From NCBI GenBank assembly GCA_965661645.1, contig CBFIEQ010000001.1:3805-67804 (forward strand): 64,000 bases of DNA. The letters are read 5' to 3'. Source of the stretch: an uncultured Aquiluna sp. (GTDB lineage Bacteria > Actinomycetota > Actinomycetes > Actinomycetales > Microbacteriaceae). The translations under genes and the position numbers were made by a program. Positions 42,180-52,696 of the stretch are shown here, piece by piece (the first letter of the stretch is position 1; every line of letters begins with the position of its first letter). The notes beneath the pieces are model-generated. The model searched no databases. It was not told where the DNA came from and saw only the letters and a list, made by a program, of their open reading frames with translations.

Positions 42180-43790
42180 TTATTCTCCGTCGGTCTCGGC
42201 TGGAACTGGCATTGACTTCTCAAGCTTGAGCAAGAACTCCACGTTTGACGCGGTGTCCTTCAGGCGTGAGAGCACGAGCTCCAGGGACTGCTGCTGCTCT
42301 AGGCCTGCTAGTGCACGACGAAGCTTCCAGATGATCTTGGTCTCCTGTGGGCTCATCAGCATCTCTTCGCGCCTGGTTCCAGATGCGTTGATGTCGACGG
42401 CTGGGAAGATACGCTTGTCGGCCAGGTGGCGAGACAGGCGAAGCTCCATGTTTCCAGTTCCCTTGAATTCCTCGAAAATGACCTCGTCCATCTTGGATCC
42501 GGTTTCAACCAGTGCGGTTGCAAGGATTGTCAAAGATCCACCGTTTTCGATGTTTCTGGCAGCTCCAAAGAAGCGCTTTGGCGGGTAGAGGGCTGACGAA
42601 TCAACACCACCGGACAAAATTCGTCCAGATGCTGGAGCACTTAGGTTGTAGGCACGACCCAAACGGGTGATCGAATCCAAAAGAACCACGACATCGTGTC
42701 CCAACTCAACCAAGCGCTTTGCGCGCTCGATAGCAAGCTCTGCGACGGTGGTGTGGTCTTCAGCGGGGCGGTCGAAGGTAGAGGCAATAACCTCACCCTT
42801 GACGGTGCGCTGCATGTCGGTAACCTCTTCAGGACGCTCATCGACCAGTACGACCATGAGGTGAACCTCAGGGTTATTGGTGCTGATCGCGTTTGCGATG
42901 GCCTGCAGAACCAGGGTCTTTCCAGCCTTTGGAGGAGAAACAATCAATCCACGCTGACCCTTACCAATCGGGGCAACCAGGTCAATGATTCGAGTTGAAA
43001 GCTTCTTAGAGTCAGTCTCCAGGCGCAGCCTGGTGTCTGGGTAGAGCGGTGTCAGCTTGCTGAATTCGACTCTCTCTGCTGCCTCTTCAACGGTCTGACC
43101 GTTGATTGATTCAATCTTGACGAGTGCATTAAATTTCTGGCGCTGGTTGTTCTCGCCCTCGCGAGGCTGACGGATTGAACCAACAATCGCGTCTCCCTTA
43201 CGCATTGAATACTTCTTGACCTGACCCAGCGAAACATAAACGTCATTGGATCCGGGCAGGTAACCGGAGGTGCGCAAGAATGCGTAGTTCTCCAAGACGT
43301 CAAGGATTCCAGCAACTGGAATCAAGACATCATCTTCTAGAATTTCTGGCTCGGCCTCTTCCTGAGGTCCACGTCTACGATCGCGGTCGCGGAAGCGCCC
43401 ACGACGGTTGCGAGAGTTGCCCCTGCGGTCATCATCGCGCTCGCGCTGGTTGTCGCGGTCATTGCCGCGAGTCTCCCTGTCCTCACGCTGTGAAGAGCGC
43501 TCAGCGGTTGACTTTTCGTCGCCGCCCTCGCTCTTCGACTCATTTCGCTCCGAACCTGATTCTTTTGCAGAAGCTTCTTTGGTGTTCGAGTCTGAGTCTT
43601 TGGTCTCAGCAGGCTTTTTAGTGGTGCGTCGTTTTGGTGCTGGCTTTGATTCGGTCTCGGTCTTAGGAGCTGACTCGGTCTCGGTCTTAGGAGCTGACTC
43701 GGTCTCAGACTTGGCAGTTGCACTGGTGACGCGACGAGCGCGGCGAACCGGCTTGTCTTGTTGGATTTCATCCATGTGGTTATTACTCAT
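42180..43790 (-). CDS. rho: Transcription termination factor Rho
   Basis: [26 protein letters not shown] and SGGVD motifs, with a charged disordered N-terminus. Start taken at ATG 43790. Confidence 0.98.
   Translation of the reverse strand: MSNNHMDEIQQDKPVRRARRVTSATAKSETESAPKTETESAPKTETESKPAPKRRTTKKPAETKDSDSNTKEASAKESGSERNESKSEGGDEKSTAERSSQREDRETRGNDRDNQRERDDDRRGNSRNRRGRFRDRDRRRGPQEEAEPEILEDDVLIPVAGILDVLENYAFLRTSGYLPGSNDVYVSLGQVKKYSMRKGDAIVGSIRQPREGENNQRQKFNALVKIESINGQTVEEAAERVEFSKLTPLYPDTRLRLETDSKKLSTRIIDLVAPIGKGQRGLIVSPPKAGKTLVLQAIANAISTNNPEVHLMVVLVDERPEEVTDMQRTVKGEVIASTFDRPAEDHTTVAELAIERAKRLVELGHDVVVLLDSITRLGRAYNLSAPASGRILSGGVDSSALYPPKRFFGAARNIENGGSLTILATALVETGSKMDEVIFEEFKGTGNMELRLSRHLADKRIFPAVDINASGTRREEMLMSPQETKIIWKLRRALAGLEQQQSLELVLSRLKDTASNVEFLLKLEKSMPVPAETDGE
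43651..43706. repeat. 24-bp tandem repeat (2.3 exact copies) inside rho
   Basis: TCGGTCTCGGTCTTAGGAGCTGAC at 43651 and 43675, partial copy at 43699; encodes ETESAPKT repeats. Confidence 0.9.
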
Positions 43791-43848
43791 TTCTTTGCGG
43801 CGATTTGCCGGATTTGGAAACTTGAAGAAAGATGCAGTGGCGGGCTGT

Positions 43849-44763
43849 TTAGCTGCCTGATCCTGACTGCTCGTTAACACTAGCACCTTTGACATCAACC
43901 GCAAGGGTTAGCGCTCGCCACTCAGGGAATTTTTCCTCAGCCAAAGAAATCGCATTCAGACGCTTGATTGGGTCATCGTCCAAAACCAGCACTGAAGGAC
44001 CAGCACCGCTGACGACAGCGGGGTGTCCCTTCTCGCGAAGCAACCTGATCAACTCGCTAGTTTCAGGCATTGCACTGGCCCGGTAGTTCTGGTGAAGGCG
44101 GTCCTCGGTTGCGGCGAGCAATAGCTCTGGGCTTTGGGTCAAAGCAGCAACCAAGAGTGACGACCTGGACACATTGAAGACAGCGTCGGTGTGGGGAACA
44201 GATTCAGGCTGCAGCGACCTTGCCAACTTGGTGGACATTTGATGCGGTGGCACTAGAACCAGAGGCGAGAGCCCACGGTGAACAGCAAGTTTTTTGTGGT
44301 GCGGGCCTGCATCATCAACCCAGGCAATAGTTAGACCTCCAAACAGAGCAGGAGCAACATTGTCTGGATGCCCCTCAAGCTCTGTTGCATACTCCAACAT
44401 CTGCTGCTCGGTTAGCTCCAGTTCATCGGCCAACAGACCCGCGGCCAGCATCACACCGCCAGCCACTGCCGCTCCTGAAGAACCCATACCGCGACCGTGG
44501 GGAATGTTGTTGTGGCAGGTCAAACGAAGCGGAGGGACCGTCTTGCCATTTGCTTCAAACACCAATTGCAAGGTTTTGTAAATCAAGTTAGTTTCATCGG
44601 TTGGAGTACTACCTTTACCCTCGCCGTGGATCTCAATTTCCAGGCCTGATTGAATGACCTCGGCCTCGTATTCGTCATAGAAAGACAGAGCCAGACCAAA
44701 GGTGTCAAAACCAGGACCTAGGTTTGCACTGGTCGCAGGGATTCGAGCGAAAACCTTGGTCAT
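43849..44763 (-). CDS. thrB: Homoserine kinase
   Basis: PATSANLGPGFD, GRGMGSSG, EGHPDN and SGAGPS motifs. Confidence 0.97.
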   Translation of the reverse strand: MTKVFARIPATSANLGPGFDTFGLALSFYDEYEAEVIQSGLEIEIHGEGKGSTPTDETNLIYKTLQLVFEANGKTVPPLRLTCHNNIPHGRGMGSSGAAVAGGVMLAAGLLADELELTEQQMLEYATELEGHPDNVAPALFGGLTIAWVDDAGPHHKKLAVHRGLSPLVLVPPHQMSTKLARSLQPESVPHTDAVFNVSRSSLLVAALTQSPELLLAATEDRLHQNYRASAMPETSELIRLLREKGHPAVVSGAGPSVLVLDDDPIKRLNAISLAEEKFPEWRALTLAVDVKGASVNEQSGSGS

Positions 44764-45842
44764 TTGTTTCTCTCCAGTCCGATTACATCAGCGACGGATG
44801 CGGCTTGAGCGGCAACCTTCTTTGGTCTGATCTGGCGACCTCGCTCGTCTTTCAAGGCCCAGTCAGGATCTTTCAGACCGTGACCGGTAACAGTAACGAC
44901 AATGCTGTTTACCTTTGGTAGCTCGCCTTTTTGGAAAAGCTTATAAAGACCTGCGGCACCGGTGGCGCTGGAGGGCTCTACAAACACGCCACACTCCTGT
45001 GACAGAAAGCGGTGCATCCACAAAATCTCTTTGTCGCTAACTGAGCCAAAGCCACCATCAGTGTTGCGCTTTGCCTCCTGGGCAAGATCCCAGCTCGCTG
45101 GGTTACCAATGCGGATAGCAGTTGCAATGGTCTCGGGCTTGGCAACCGGAGAACCCTGAATAAAGGGTGCTGCGCCTGCGGCCTGAATTCCAAATAACTT
45201 GGGAAGCTGTTGAATCCTGCCCACTTCAAGCTCCTCTTTATAGCCAAGGTGATAGGCAGAGATGTTACCTGCGTTCCCAAGCGGCATGGCGTGAAGATCA
45301 GGAGCCTCACCCAAAACGTCCACCACCTCAAAGGCAGCGGTCTTTTGTCCCTGCAAACGATCTGGGTTTACCGAGTTGACCAAAAACACTGGGTAGTTTT
45401 CGCTTAACTCTCTGGCTAGGCGAAGACAATCATCGAAGTTGCCGCGAACCTGCAGTATCTGGGCCTTGTGAGCAACTGCCTGAGAGAGCTTGCCCCAAGA
45501 AATCTTGCCGGCCGGCACCAAAACAACCGAGGTCATCCCAGCTTTCACCGCGTAGGCAGCAGCAGCAGCCGAGGTGTTGCCGGTGGAAGCGGCAATCACC
45601 GCCTGAGCGCCCTTGCCCTTTGCCTTTGAAACAGCCGTTGTCATGCCGCGGTCCTTGAACGAACCGGTTGGGTTCATGCCCTCAAACTTAAGGTGCACCG
45701 AACCAACGTCAAGGAGTTTTGCGAGCGCCGGAGCCTCAATCAGTGGAGTGCCGCCTTCACCCAGGGTGACAATCGGATCAGACTCCTCAAAGGGAAGCCT
45801 GTCGAAATACTCGCGAATCACTCCGCGCCAAGGTTGAGCCAT
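44760..45842 (-). CDS. thrC: Threonine synthase
   Basis: NPTGSFKDRG, ASTGNTS and TGHGLKDP motifs. Confidence 0.97.
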   Translation of the reverse strand: MAQPWRGVIREYFDRLPFEESDPIVTLGEGGTPLIEAPALAKLLDVGSVHLKFEGMNPTGSFKDRGMTTAVSKAKGKGAQAVIAASTGNTSAAAAAYAVKAGMTSVVLVPAGKISWGKLSQAVAHKAQILQVRGNFDDCLRLARELSENYPVFLVNSVNPDRLQGQKTAAFEVVDVLGEAPDLHAMPLGNAGNISAYHLGYKEELEVGRIQQLPKLFGIQAAGAAPFIQGSPVAKPETIATAIRIGNPASWDLAQEAKRNTDGGFGSVSDKEILWMHRFLSQECGVFVEPSSATGAAGLYKLFQKGELPKVNSIVVTVTGHGLKDPDWALKDERGRQIRPKKVAAQAASVADVIGLERNK

Positions 45843-47134
45843 TACAAACCCTCCACTCGAATTACCGAAACTACTGAAACCACCGAATCGTCACTCTTCA
45901 ACGATCCAACCAACGCCTCAAGATCGCGCTCCGCTGCAACATGGGTCATGATCGTCAAAAGCGCGGCACTGTTTGTCGCCACTGACTGCTGAACCGTCTC
46001 AACACTCACCCCGTGATTTGCAAAGACAGAGGCAATTTTTGCTAGAACTCCGGCCTTATCGCTGACCTCGAGCGTGATCTGGAATCTGGTGTTCACAAAC
46101 TGCACCGGCAGCGCCTCTAGGTTGGCATGGGTTGAGTCGGCAAGACCAGGACCGCCAGCTAAGTGGCGCTTTGCTGCGCTGACCAAATCACCCAGAACTG
46201 CAGAGGCGGTCTCTGGACCACCGGCACCTGCACCATAGAACATCAAGCGGCCAGCAGACTGCGCCTCAACAAAAACGGCGTTGTAGGCACCGCGAACCGC
46301 TGCCAATGGATGCTCTAGCGGAATCAAGGTTGGGTGCACCCTTGCAACCAGACCACCCTCGGGCAGGCGCTCACAAATCGCCAATAGCTTCACCGCATAA
46401 CCCGCAGCCCTGGCAGTTTCTATCTGATTAGCAGTGACTGAGGTGATGCCTTCTCGGTGAACCTTCTCTACCGGCACCTCGGAGTGAAAAGCAAGGGACG
46501 CCAAGATCGCGGCTTTGCTTGCGGCGTCGAAACCCTCAATGTCAGCGGTCGGATCAGCCTCGGCATAACCCAGTGCCGTAGCCTCAGCCAACGCCTCATC
46601 GAAGTCGGCACCGGTTGACTCCATCCGATCCAGAATGAAGTTGGTGGTGCCGTTGACAATGCCCATGACCCTGTCAATACGATCACCAGCGAGTGACTCG
46701 CGCAATGGTCTAATGATTGGAATCGCACCTGCAACAGCGGCCTCGTAATAGAGCTGAGCCCCCAGTTGGTCTGCTAGAGCGAACAGCTCCGGTCCATGGG
46801 CCGCTATCAGTGCCTTGTTTGCAGTGATGACATCAGCGCCTGCGTTCAAAGCCTGCATGACCCAACTCTTTGCCGGCTCAATGCCACCAATCAACTCGAT
46901 GACGATGTCACTTCCCAAGATCACCGATTCGACGTCAGTGGTGAAGAGTTCTTTGGGCAGGTCTGCATCGCGCTTTGCATCGAGGTTTCGAACTGCAATG
47001 CCGGTTAGCGATAGCTCTGCACCGACTCGCTTGGCAAGCTCTGACTGGTTTTCAATCAGCAGCCGAGCCACCTGGGACCCAACAGATCCGGCTCCAATTA
47101 GACCAATACGAATTGGACGGTAGGCGCTTTGCAT
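45842..47134 (-). CDS. hom: Homoserine dehydrogenase (with ACT domain)
   Basis: GAGSVG, VITANK, NGTTNFIL and GYAEADPTAD motifs. Confidence 0.97.
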   Translation of the reverse strand: MQSAYRPIRIGLIGAGSVGSQVARLLIENQSELAKRVGAELSLTGIAVRNLDAKRDADLPKELFTTDVESVILGSDIVIELIGGIEPAKSWVMQALNAGADVITANKALIAAHGPELFALADQLGAQLYYEAAVAGAIPIIRPLRESLAGDRIDRVMGIVNGTTNFILDRMESTGADFDEALAEATALGYAEADPTADIEGFDAASKAAILASLAFHSEVPVEKVHREGITSVTANQIETARAAGYAVKLLAICERLPEGGLVARVHPTLIPLEHPLAAVRGAYNAVFVEAQSAGRLMFYGAGAGGPETASAVLGDLVSAAKRHLAGGPGLADSTHANLEALPVQFVNTRFQITLEVSDKAGVLAKIASVFANHGVSVETVQQSVATNSAALLTIMTHVAAERDLEALVGSLKSDDSVVSVVSVIRVEGL

Positions 47135-47137
47135 CAG

Positions 47138-48541
47138 TTATGCCTCTTTCGATTCAAATCCAGCATCCCGCATCAGAAGGTCTGTTTCAGTTTCAGCACG
47201 GATCAAAAGCTTGGATTTTGATCCCTTGACCGCCACAACTGCGGGGCGAGGCAGGAAGTTGTAGTTAGAAGATAGCGAAAAGCAATACGCTCCGGTGGCC
47301 GCAACGGCCAAAAGATCATTAACTGCAACGTCTGAGGGAAGGTAGGAGTGTCGCACAACAATGTCTCCCGACTCACAGTGCTTGCCAACTACTCTCGACA
47401 GCGTCGGAGTTGAGGAACTCGAACGCGATGCAATTGTTGCCAAATACTCCGACTCATACAGGGCAGGCCTTGCGTTATCGCTCATTCCACCATCGACGCT
47501 GACGTATTTGCGTGCAGCCCCGGCACCCTGATCTGAAACCTGAACATCCTTGATGGTGCCAACTGAATAGAGGGTGATTCCGGCAGGGCCAGCAATCACT
47601 CGACCAGGTTCAAAAGCGAGCTTTGGCACCTTGATTCCCAACGCATCACACTTTGCCTTGACGGCGCTCGCGATGCGCCCCGCCATCTCGTCGAGCTGCA
47701 TTGGCTTGTCATTTGCGGTGTAGGCAATGCCAAAACCGCCGCCAAGGTTTAGCTCGGGTACCTCTCCACCAGCCAATAGCTTGGCGTGCAAATCAATCAG
47801 TCGCTCTGCGGCAGCGATGAATCCATCCACCACAAAGATTTGTGAGCCGATGTGGGAGTGCAGTCCCAGAAAACGCAGGTGAGAGTGAGACCTGATCTTT
47901 TCAACCAGGGCTGGAACATCGCTAATTGCGATTCCGAACTTTTGGTCCTCTCTTGCGGTTGCAAGATACTCATGGGTGTGAGCGTGAACACCGGAGTTCA
48001 CCCGGATACGCACAGGTTGAATCTTGTCCTGAGCACCGGCCACGGAGGCGATTCGCTCAATTTCTAGCTCAGAGTCGATCACGATGGCGCTGACATTTGC
48101 CGCTACCGCCCTACCAATTTCAACCAAGGATTTGTTGTTCCCATGCAGCCCGATTCGGGAACCATCAATACCGGCTGCCAACGCAACCGCCAGTTCACCG
48201 GAAGTTGAAACATCGATTGACAACCCTGCCGCATCAACCCAGCGCACTACGTCGGTTGTCAATAGCGCCTTTGATGCGTAGTAAACCTTTGCGCTGGTTC
48301 CAATCTTGTTGGCAGCATCGCTAAATGCTCTTGAGGCCATCAAGAGCCGAGACTCAAAGTCTTCTTGGTCCACGACATAAAGCGGGGAACCAAACTGCCG
48401 GACTAGATCAGAAACTGCAATACCGCCAACACTCATCTCCCCGGAAGCGCCTCTTACGGCAGTCCTGGGCCAAATCTTCGAATCCAAAATGTTTGGATCC
48501 GAGGGGATTTCTAGCCAATCAGGCGAAAGTGGATTCTTCAT
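47138..48541 (-). CDS. lysA: Diaminopimelate decarboxylase
   Basis: YASKA, HSHIGSQI, EPGR and GKHCESGD motifs. Confidence 0.97.
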   Translation of the reverse strand: MKNPLSPDWLEIPSDPNILDSKIWPRTAVRGASGEMSVGGIAVSDLVRQFGSPLYVVDQEDFESRLLMASRAFSDAANKIGTSAKVYYASKALLTTDVVRWVDAAGLSIDVSTSGELAVALAAGIDGSRIGLHGNNKSLVEIGRAVAANVSAIVIDSELEIERIASVAGAQDKIQPVRIRVNSGVHAHTHEYLATAREDQKFGIAISDVPALVEKIRSHSHLRFLGLHSHIGSQIFVVDGFIAAAERLIDLHAKLLAGGEVPELNLGGGFGIAYTANDKPMQLDEMAGRIASAVKAKCDALGIKVPKLAFEPGRVIAGPAGITLYSVGTIKDVQVSDQGAGAARKYVSVDGGMSDNARPALYESEYLATIASRSSSSTPTLSRVVGKHCESGDIVVRHSYLPSDVAVNDLLAVAATGAYCFSLSSNYNFLPRPAVVAVKGSKSKLLIRAETETDLLMRDAGFESKEA

Positions 48542-48546
48542 AGTCC

Positions 48547-50199
48547 CTACATCCTCTCAGGTGCACTGACACCCAAAAGCGAAAGGCCATTGCGAAGCAC
48601 TACACCGGTGGCACTATTCAGCCAGAGCCTGGTGCGGTGAACGGACTCGACAGGCTTTGTTGGAAGAGGTGTGACTCGGCAATTGTCGTAGAAGCGGTGA
48701 TAAGCCCCCGCTACCTCTTCAAGATAGCGAGCAATGCGATGAGGCTCCCTGAACTCACCAGCCGCGCTAACTGCCTTTGGGAACTGCGCCAACTTGGCAA
48801 TCAGCTCCTCTTCACTGGCATGAGTTAGCAGCTCTGGCAAGAACTCCGAGTGGTCGACTTCGAAACTCGCAGCATTTTTAGCGACCTGAATAGTCCTTGC
48901 GTGAGCGTATTGCACGTAAAAAACAGGATTGTCGTTGGTCTTCTTAGAAATCTGATTGAGATCGATGTCCAAAGATGAGTTGATTGAGGATCTAGCTAGC
49001 GAATAACGAGCTGCGTCGGTGCCGACAAGTTCAACCAGGTCTTCCATGGTTACAACGTTGCCAGCTCTCTTTGACATTCGCACCGGTTCGCCATCGCGCA
49101 CCAGATTCACCATCTGGCCGATAAGAATCTCCATGTGCTCACCGGGAGTATCGCCAAATGCTTGACACAGTGCATACATCCTTGGCACATAGCCGTGGTG
49201 GTCCGCACCAAGCATATAGATGCAGCGGTCAAACCCGCGTTCACGCTTATCTAGGTAATAGGCGATGTCACCGGCTATGTAGGCGGCCTCACCATCAGAT
49301 TTCAAAACCACGCGATCTCGGTCATCACCAAACTCTGAGGAGCGCAGCCATAGCGCACCCTCGGCTTCAAACATGTGTCCAAGATCTTTTAGCCTGGCAA
49401 TTGATTTTTCAACGGCCCCAGACTCGTAAAGCGAATTCTCGTGGAAGTAGACATCGAATTTGACCCCGAACTCTTCCAGTGAGGATCGAATCGCCGCAAA
49501 CATCAGATCAACACCGCGAGCGCGGAATATCTCCTGCGCTTGAGAATCAGAAAAATCTAAGACTTTGGGCTCTAGGGCAACTACCTCTGCGGCAATGTCA
49601 GAAATGTACTGACCGGAGTAACCATCTTCGGGAGCTGGCTCGTTTCTAGCAGCGGCTAGAAGCGAACGGGAAAACCGGTCAATCTGAGCACCATGATCGT
49701 TGAAGTAATACTCGCGAGTTACGCTTGCGCCACTGAACTCAAATACCCTTGCCAGCGAGTCTCCAACTGCTGCCCACCTAGTGCCACCTAAGTGAATGGG
49801 CCCGGTTGGATTGGCTGAAACAAACTCAAGGTTCAGTTTCACGCCCTCCAAGGAGGTGTTGCGCCCGTAATTTGAATCCTCGGCGACAATAGATTTCAGC
49901 AATCCACCAGCGGCCTGGTTTGACACAAACAGGTTGATAAAGCCAGGGCCTGCAATATCAACTCTCTCGATGCCTTCAAAGCTCTCTAGCTCTGCAACCA
50001 GTGCTTCGGCAAGTGCTCTAGGTGCCATCTGCAACTTGCCGGCAAGTTGCATGGCAACATTTGTCGCCCAGTCTCCGTGCTCACGATTCTTTGGTCTTTC
50101 AACCACAACAGCCTCAGGGAGCTGGATATCCAGATTGGCAGTACCGGCAACCGAGCGCAGCGCACTCAGAATTGCCTCGGACAACTGTTCTGGAGTCAA
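48547..50199 (-). CDS. argS: Arginine--tRNA ligase
   Basis: FVSANPTGPIHLG, GADHHGY, MSKRAG and YVQYAHAR motifs. Confidence 0.98.
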   Translation of the reverse strand: MTPEQLSEAILSALRSVAGTANLDIQLPEAVVVERPKNREHGDWATNVAMQLAGKLQMAPRALAEALVAELESFEGIERVDIAGPGFINLFVSNQAAGGLLKSIVAEDSNYGRNTSLEGVKLNLEFVSANPTGPIHLGGTRWAAVGDSLARVFEFSGASVTREYYFNDHGAQIDRFSRSLLAAARNEPAPEDGYSGQYISDIAAEVVALEPKVLDFSDSQAQEIFRARGVDLMFAAIRSSLEEFGVKFDVYFHENSLYESGAVEKSIARLKDLGHMFEAEGALWLRSSEFGDDRDRVVLKSDGEAAYIAGDIAYYLDKRERGFDRCIYMLGADHHGYVPRMYALCQAFGDTPGEHMEILIGQMVNLVRDGEPVRMSKRAGNVVTMEDLVELVGTDAARYSLARSSINSSLDIDLNQISKKTNDNPVFYVQYAHARTIQVAKNAASFEVDHSEFLPELLTHASEEELIAKLAQFPKAVSAAGEFREPHRIARYLEEVAGAYHRFYDNCRVTPLPTKPVESVHRTRLWLNSATGVVLRNGLSLLGVSAPERM

Positions 50200-50285
50200 T
50201 GAAAAATCCTGGTCTTGCGCTTTATGCGCAGCAAATAAGAGTCAACAGCGGTAAAGGTAAATCATACCCGCGCGCAACTGCTTGA

Positions 50286-51938
50286 CTACTTCACCCGTAG
50301 CCATGCGGTGGCATCCTGAGGAAGCATGTGATCAACCAGAGGTTTTGAGCTGAGAAGCACTTCACCCGCTGGAAGTTCGAGTCTTGCCGATGCAAAGTTC
50401 GTTACGCATACCCAACCGCCGGACCTTTTGAACGCGACTGCACTTTCGCCAAGATCCAACCAGGTGAGATCATCGGATTGGTAAAGCTCTCGCCTCAAAG
50501 CAGTGGCTCGACGATAGAGGTTCAGAGTTGAGTTGGGATCTCTCTCCTGGGCCTCCACCGAGACGACCGAATACCAATTGGGTTGCGGCAGGTGTGAACC
50601 GCCGGGACCAAAACCAAAAGATGAACCATCTGAGGCCCAAGGCAGCGGAACCCTGCATCCATCACGCGACTTTAGTTTCCCCTCACCGCGGAACCACTGG
50701 GGGTCTTGCATTTGATCCGAAGGTATGTCCATCACATCATGCAACCCAAGCTCTTCACCCTGATAGAGATAGGTAGAGCCCGGCAATGCGAGCAACATCA
50801 GGGTCGCAGCCTTCGCCCTATCTAGACCCATATCAAGATCGAGATCATGCTTCATTCGATTCTTCACATACCAAGCTGATTCATCGGCAAAGAAGTCAAT
50901 GCTGTCCCCAAGGCTTGGGATTGCCAGTCTGGTCGCATGCCTGATCACATCGTGGTTTGACATCACCCATGTTGAGGAGGAGCCGGTCTTTGCGCTCATC
51001 TCCAGGTTGTATTGAATCTTTGGCTGGAACTGATTCGCCTCCCACCTAGAAGCGAGTAAGTCAAAGTTAAAGGACTGCCCGAGACCCTCCTCTGATGCAT
51101 AGCGCAAGACTCTCTCTGGGTGAACCCACGCCTCGGCAACTGCAACCCTTGGCGGATCGTATTGGTTGAAGAGTTTTCTCCACTCAGCGTAAATCTCGTG
51201 AACCTCATCACGATCAAAAAGCGGGTCAGTTCCGTCCGCCTTCATGGCACTAAGTGAAAAAGAGTCCCTGTCTGGAAGGGGTTCGAGATTCTTTTTGAGC
51301 GCGTGAGCAACATCGATGCGGAAACCATCAACGCCTCGGTCTGACCAAAACTTCAAGGTGTCCAAGAAGTACTGGTGAACCTCAGGATTATCCCAATTGA
51401 AATCTGGCTGTTCCTTGGTGAAAAGGTGCATGTACCACTGACCATCGGGAGTTCTAGTCCAACCCTCAGGACCGAAGTGACTGGCAAGATTAGATGGCGG
51501 CAACTCGCCATTCTCCCCGCGACCATTCCTGAAGATGTAGCGATCGCGAGCTTTTGAACCAGGAGCTGAATTCAGAGCCTCTTGGAACCAAACGTGTCGA
51601 TCTGATGAGTGGTTTGGAACTATGTCGACAAAGACTCGAATCTGCCTTTCGTGCAGTTTGGAAATCAACTCGTCAAATTCTTCCAGGGTGCCAATCCGGG
51701 GGTCGATGTCCATGTAGTCATCAACGTCATAGCCACCATCGGCCAGTGCAGAGGGGTAGAACGGGCTCAACCAAACCGCATCAATACCCAAGCTAGCCAG
51801 ATAGTCGACCCTGGAAATCATGCCTTTGAGATCGCCAATTCCATCTCCGTTGAAATCAGCAAAGCTGCGCGGATAGATCTGATAAACCACGGCATTGCGC
51901 CACCAGTGCGCATCTCCTGGAAGTTGATTTTGGAGCAT
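50286..51938 (-). CDS. GH13 alpha-glucosidase (oligo-1,6-glucosidase-like)
   Basis: YQIYPRSFAD, DIVPNHSS, GFRIDVAH, AEAW and SNHD motifs. Confidence 0.93.
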   Translation of the reverse strand: MLQNQLPGDAHWWRNAVVYQIYPRSFADFNGDGIGDLKGMISRVDYLASLGIDAVWLSPFYPSALADGGYDVDDYMDIDPRIGTLEEFDELISKLHERQIRVFVDIVPNHSSDRHVWFQEALNSAPGSKARDRYIFRNGRGENGELPPSNLASHFGPEGWTRTPDGQWYMHLFTKEQPDFNWDNPEVHQYFLDTLKFWSDRGVDGFRIDVAHALKKNLEPLPDRDSFSLSAMKADGTDPLFDRDEVHEIYAEWRKLFNQYDPPRVAVAEAWVHPERVLRYASEEGLGQSFNFDLLASRWEANQFQPKIQYNLEMSAKTGSSSTWVMSNHDVIRHATRLAIPSLGDSIDFFADESAWYVKNRMKHDLDLDMGLDRAKAATLMLLALPGSTYLYQGEELGLHDVMDIPSDQMQDPQWFRGEGKLKSRDGCRVPLPWASDGSSFGFGPGGSHLPQPNWYSVVSVEAQERDPNSTLNLYRRATALRRELYQSDDLTWLDLGESAVAFKRSGGWVCVTNFASARLELPAGEVLLSSKPLVDHMLPQDATAWLRVK

Positions 51939-52047
51939 GAAAAATAACTACTTTCGATGAGGATTTAGGTATTCAGACTAATCCCATTCCAATGGACAGT
52001 AGGTGCGAAGCGCCAATTACCAAAACGAAGAGTAAACTTCCCAACGA

Positions 52048-52119
52048 GCCCCCATAGCTCAGGGGATAGAGCATCGCCCTCCGGAGGCGGGAGCGCAGGT
52101 TCGAATCCTGCTGGGGGCG
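52048..52119 (+). tRNA. tRNA-Arg (CCG), CCA not encoded
   Basis: GCCCCCA/TGGGGGC acceptor stem, anticodon loop CT-CCG-GA, GGTTCGAATCC T-arm; TAAACT -10 upstream. Confidence 0.96.
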
Positions 52120-52120
52120 C

Positions 52121-52696
52121 TTAGCTGGACCTTAGATACTCAGCCAGTTGCTGCATAGCGAGCGCTCGATGAGAAAAGGAGGATTTCACCTCAGAGTCCA
52201 ATTCGGCTGCCGAAACCTCAAAGCCCTCCGGGATAAACACCGGATCGTATCCAAAGCCACCATGACCTGAGGCCTTGGTCGCAATACTCCCCTGCCAGAC
52301 ACCGGTGAAGCTAGTTTCACCCTCTTTTGTGACCAGAGCAATCGTGCAAACAAAAGCTGCGTTGCGGTGCTCCCCAGGGATGTCAGTCAATTGCGCTAAG
52401 AGTAATTCTCGGTTGGTCTCATCGGATCTAGTCCCAGACCAAATCGCAGAGAAGATTCCAGGAGCACCTCCCATTACCTCAACCGATAAACCCGAGTCGT
52501 CGGCGAAAGATGGCTTGCCGGAGGCCTGAAAGGCTGCCCTGGCCTTGATCAGGGCATTTTCCAAAAAGCTGGTGCCGCTCTCAATTGGCTCTGGTCCATC
52601 ATGTGAAAGGATCTCAAGCTCTGGCATCTTGCGCCCGAGAATCTGCTGAGCCTCCTGAAGCTTGTGCTTGTTGCCAGTCGCAAAAACTAGCTTCAC
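52121..52696 (-). CDS. rdgB: dITP/XTP pyrophosphatase
   Basis: [21 protein letters not shown] and SHR motifs. Confidence 0.96.
   Translation of the reverse strand: MKLVFATGNKHKLQEAQQILGRKMPELEILSHDGPEPIESGTSFLENALIKARAAFQASGKPSFADDSGLSVEVMGGAPGIFSAIWSGTRSDETNRELLLAQLTDIPGEHRNAAFVCTIALVTKEGETSFTGVWQGSIATKASGHGGFGYDPVFIPEGFEVSAAELDSEVKSSFSHRALAMQQLAEYLRSS

Noticed and set aside
43651-43706. Tandem repeats considered as CRISPR-like
   Set aside because: No spacers, in-frame inside rho, and no cas genes.
50200-50285. T-box, riboswitch or leader peptide for argS-lysA-hom-thrC-thrB
   Set aside because: The gap is only 86 nt with no T-box or attenuator motif, and argS looks leaderless.
51939-52047. 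Possible LacI-type operator upstream of the alpha-glucosidase (GAAGCGCCAA)
   Set aside because: Poor dyad symmetry; cannot be supported.
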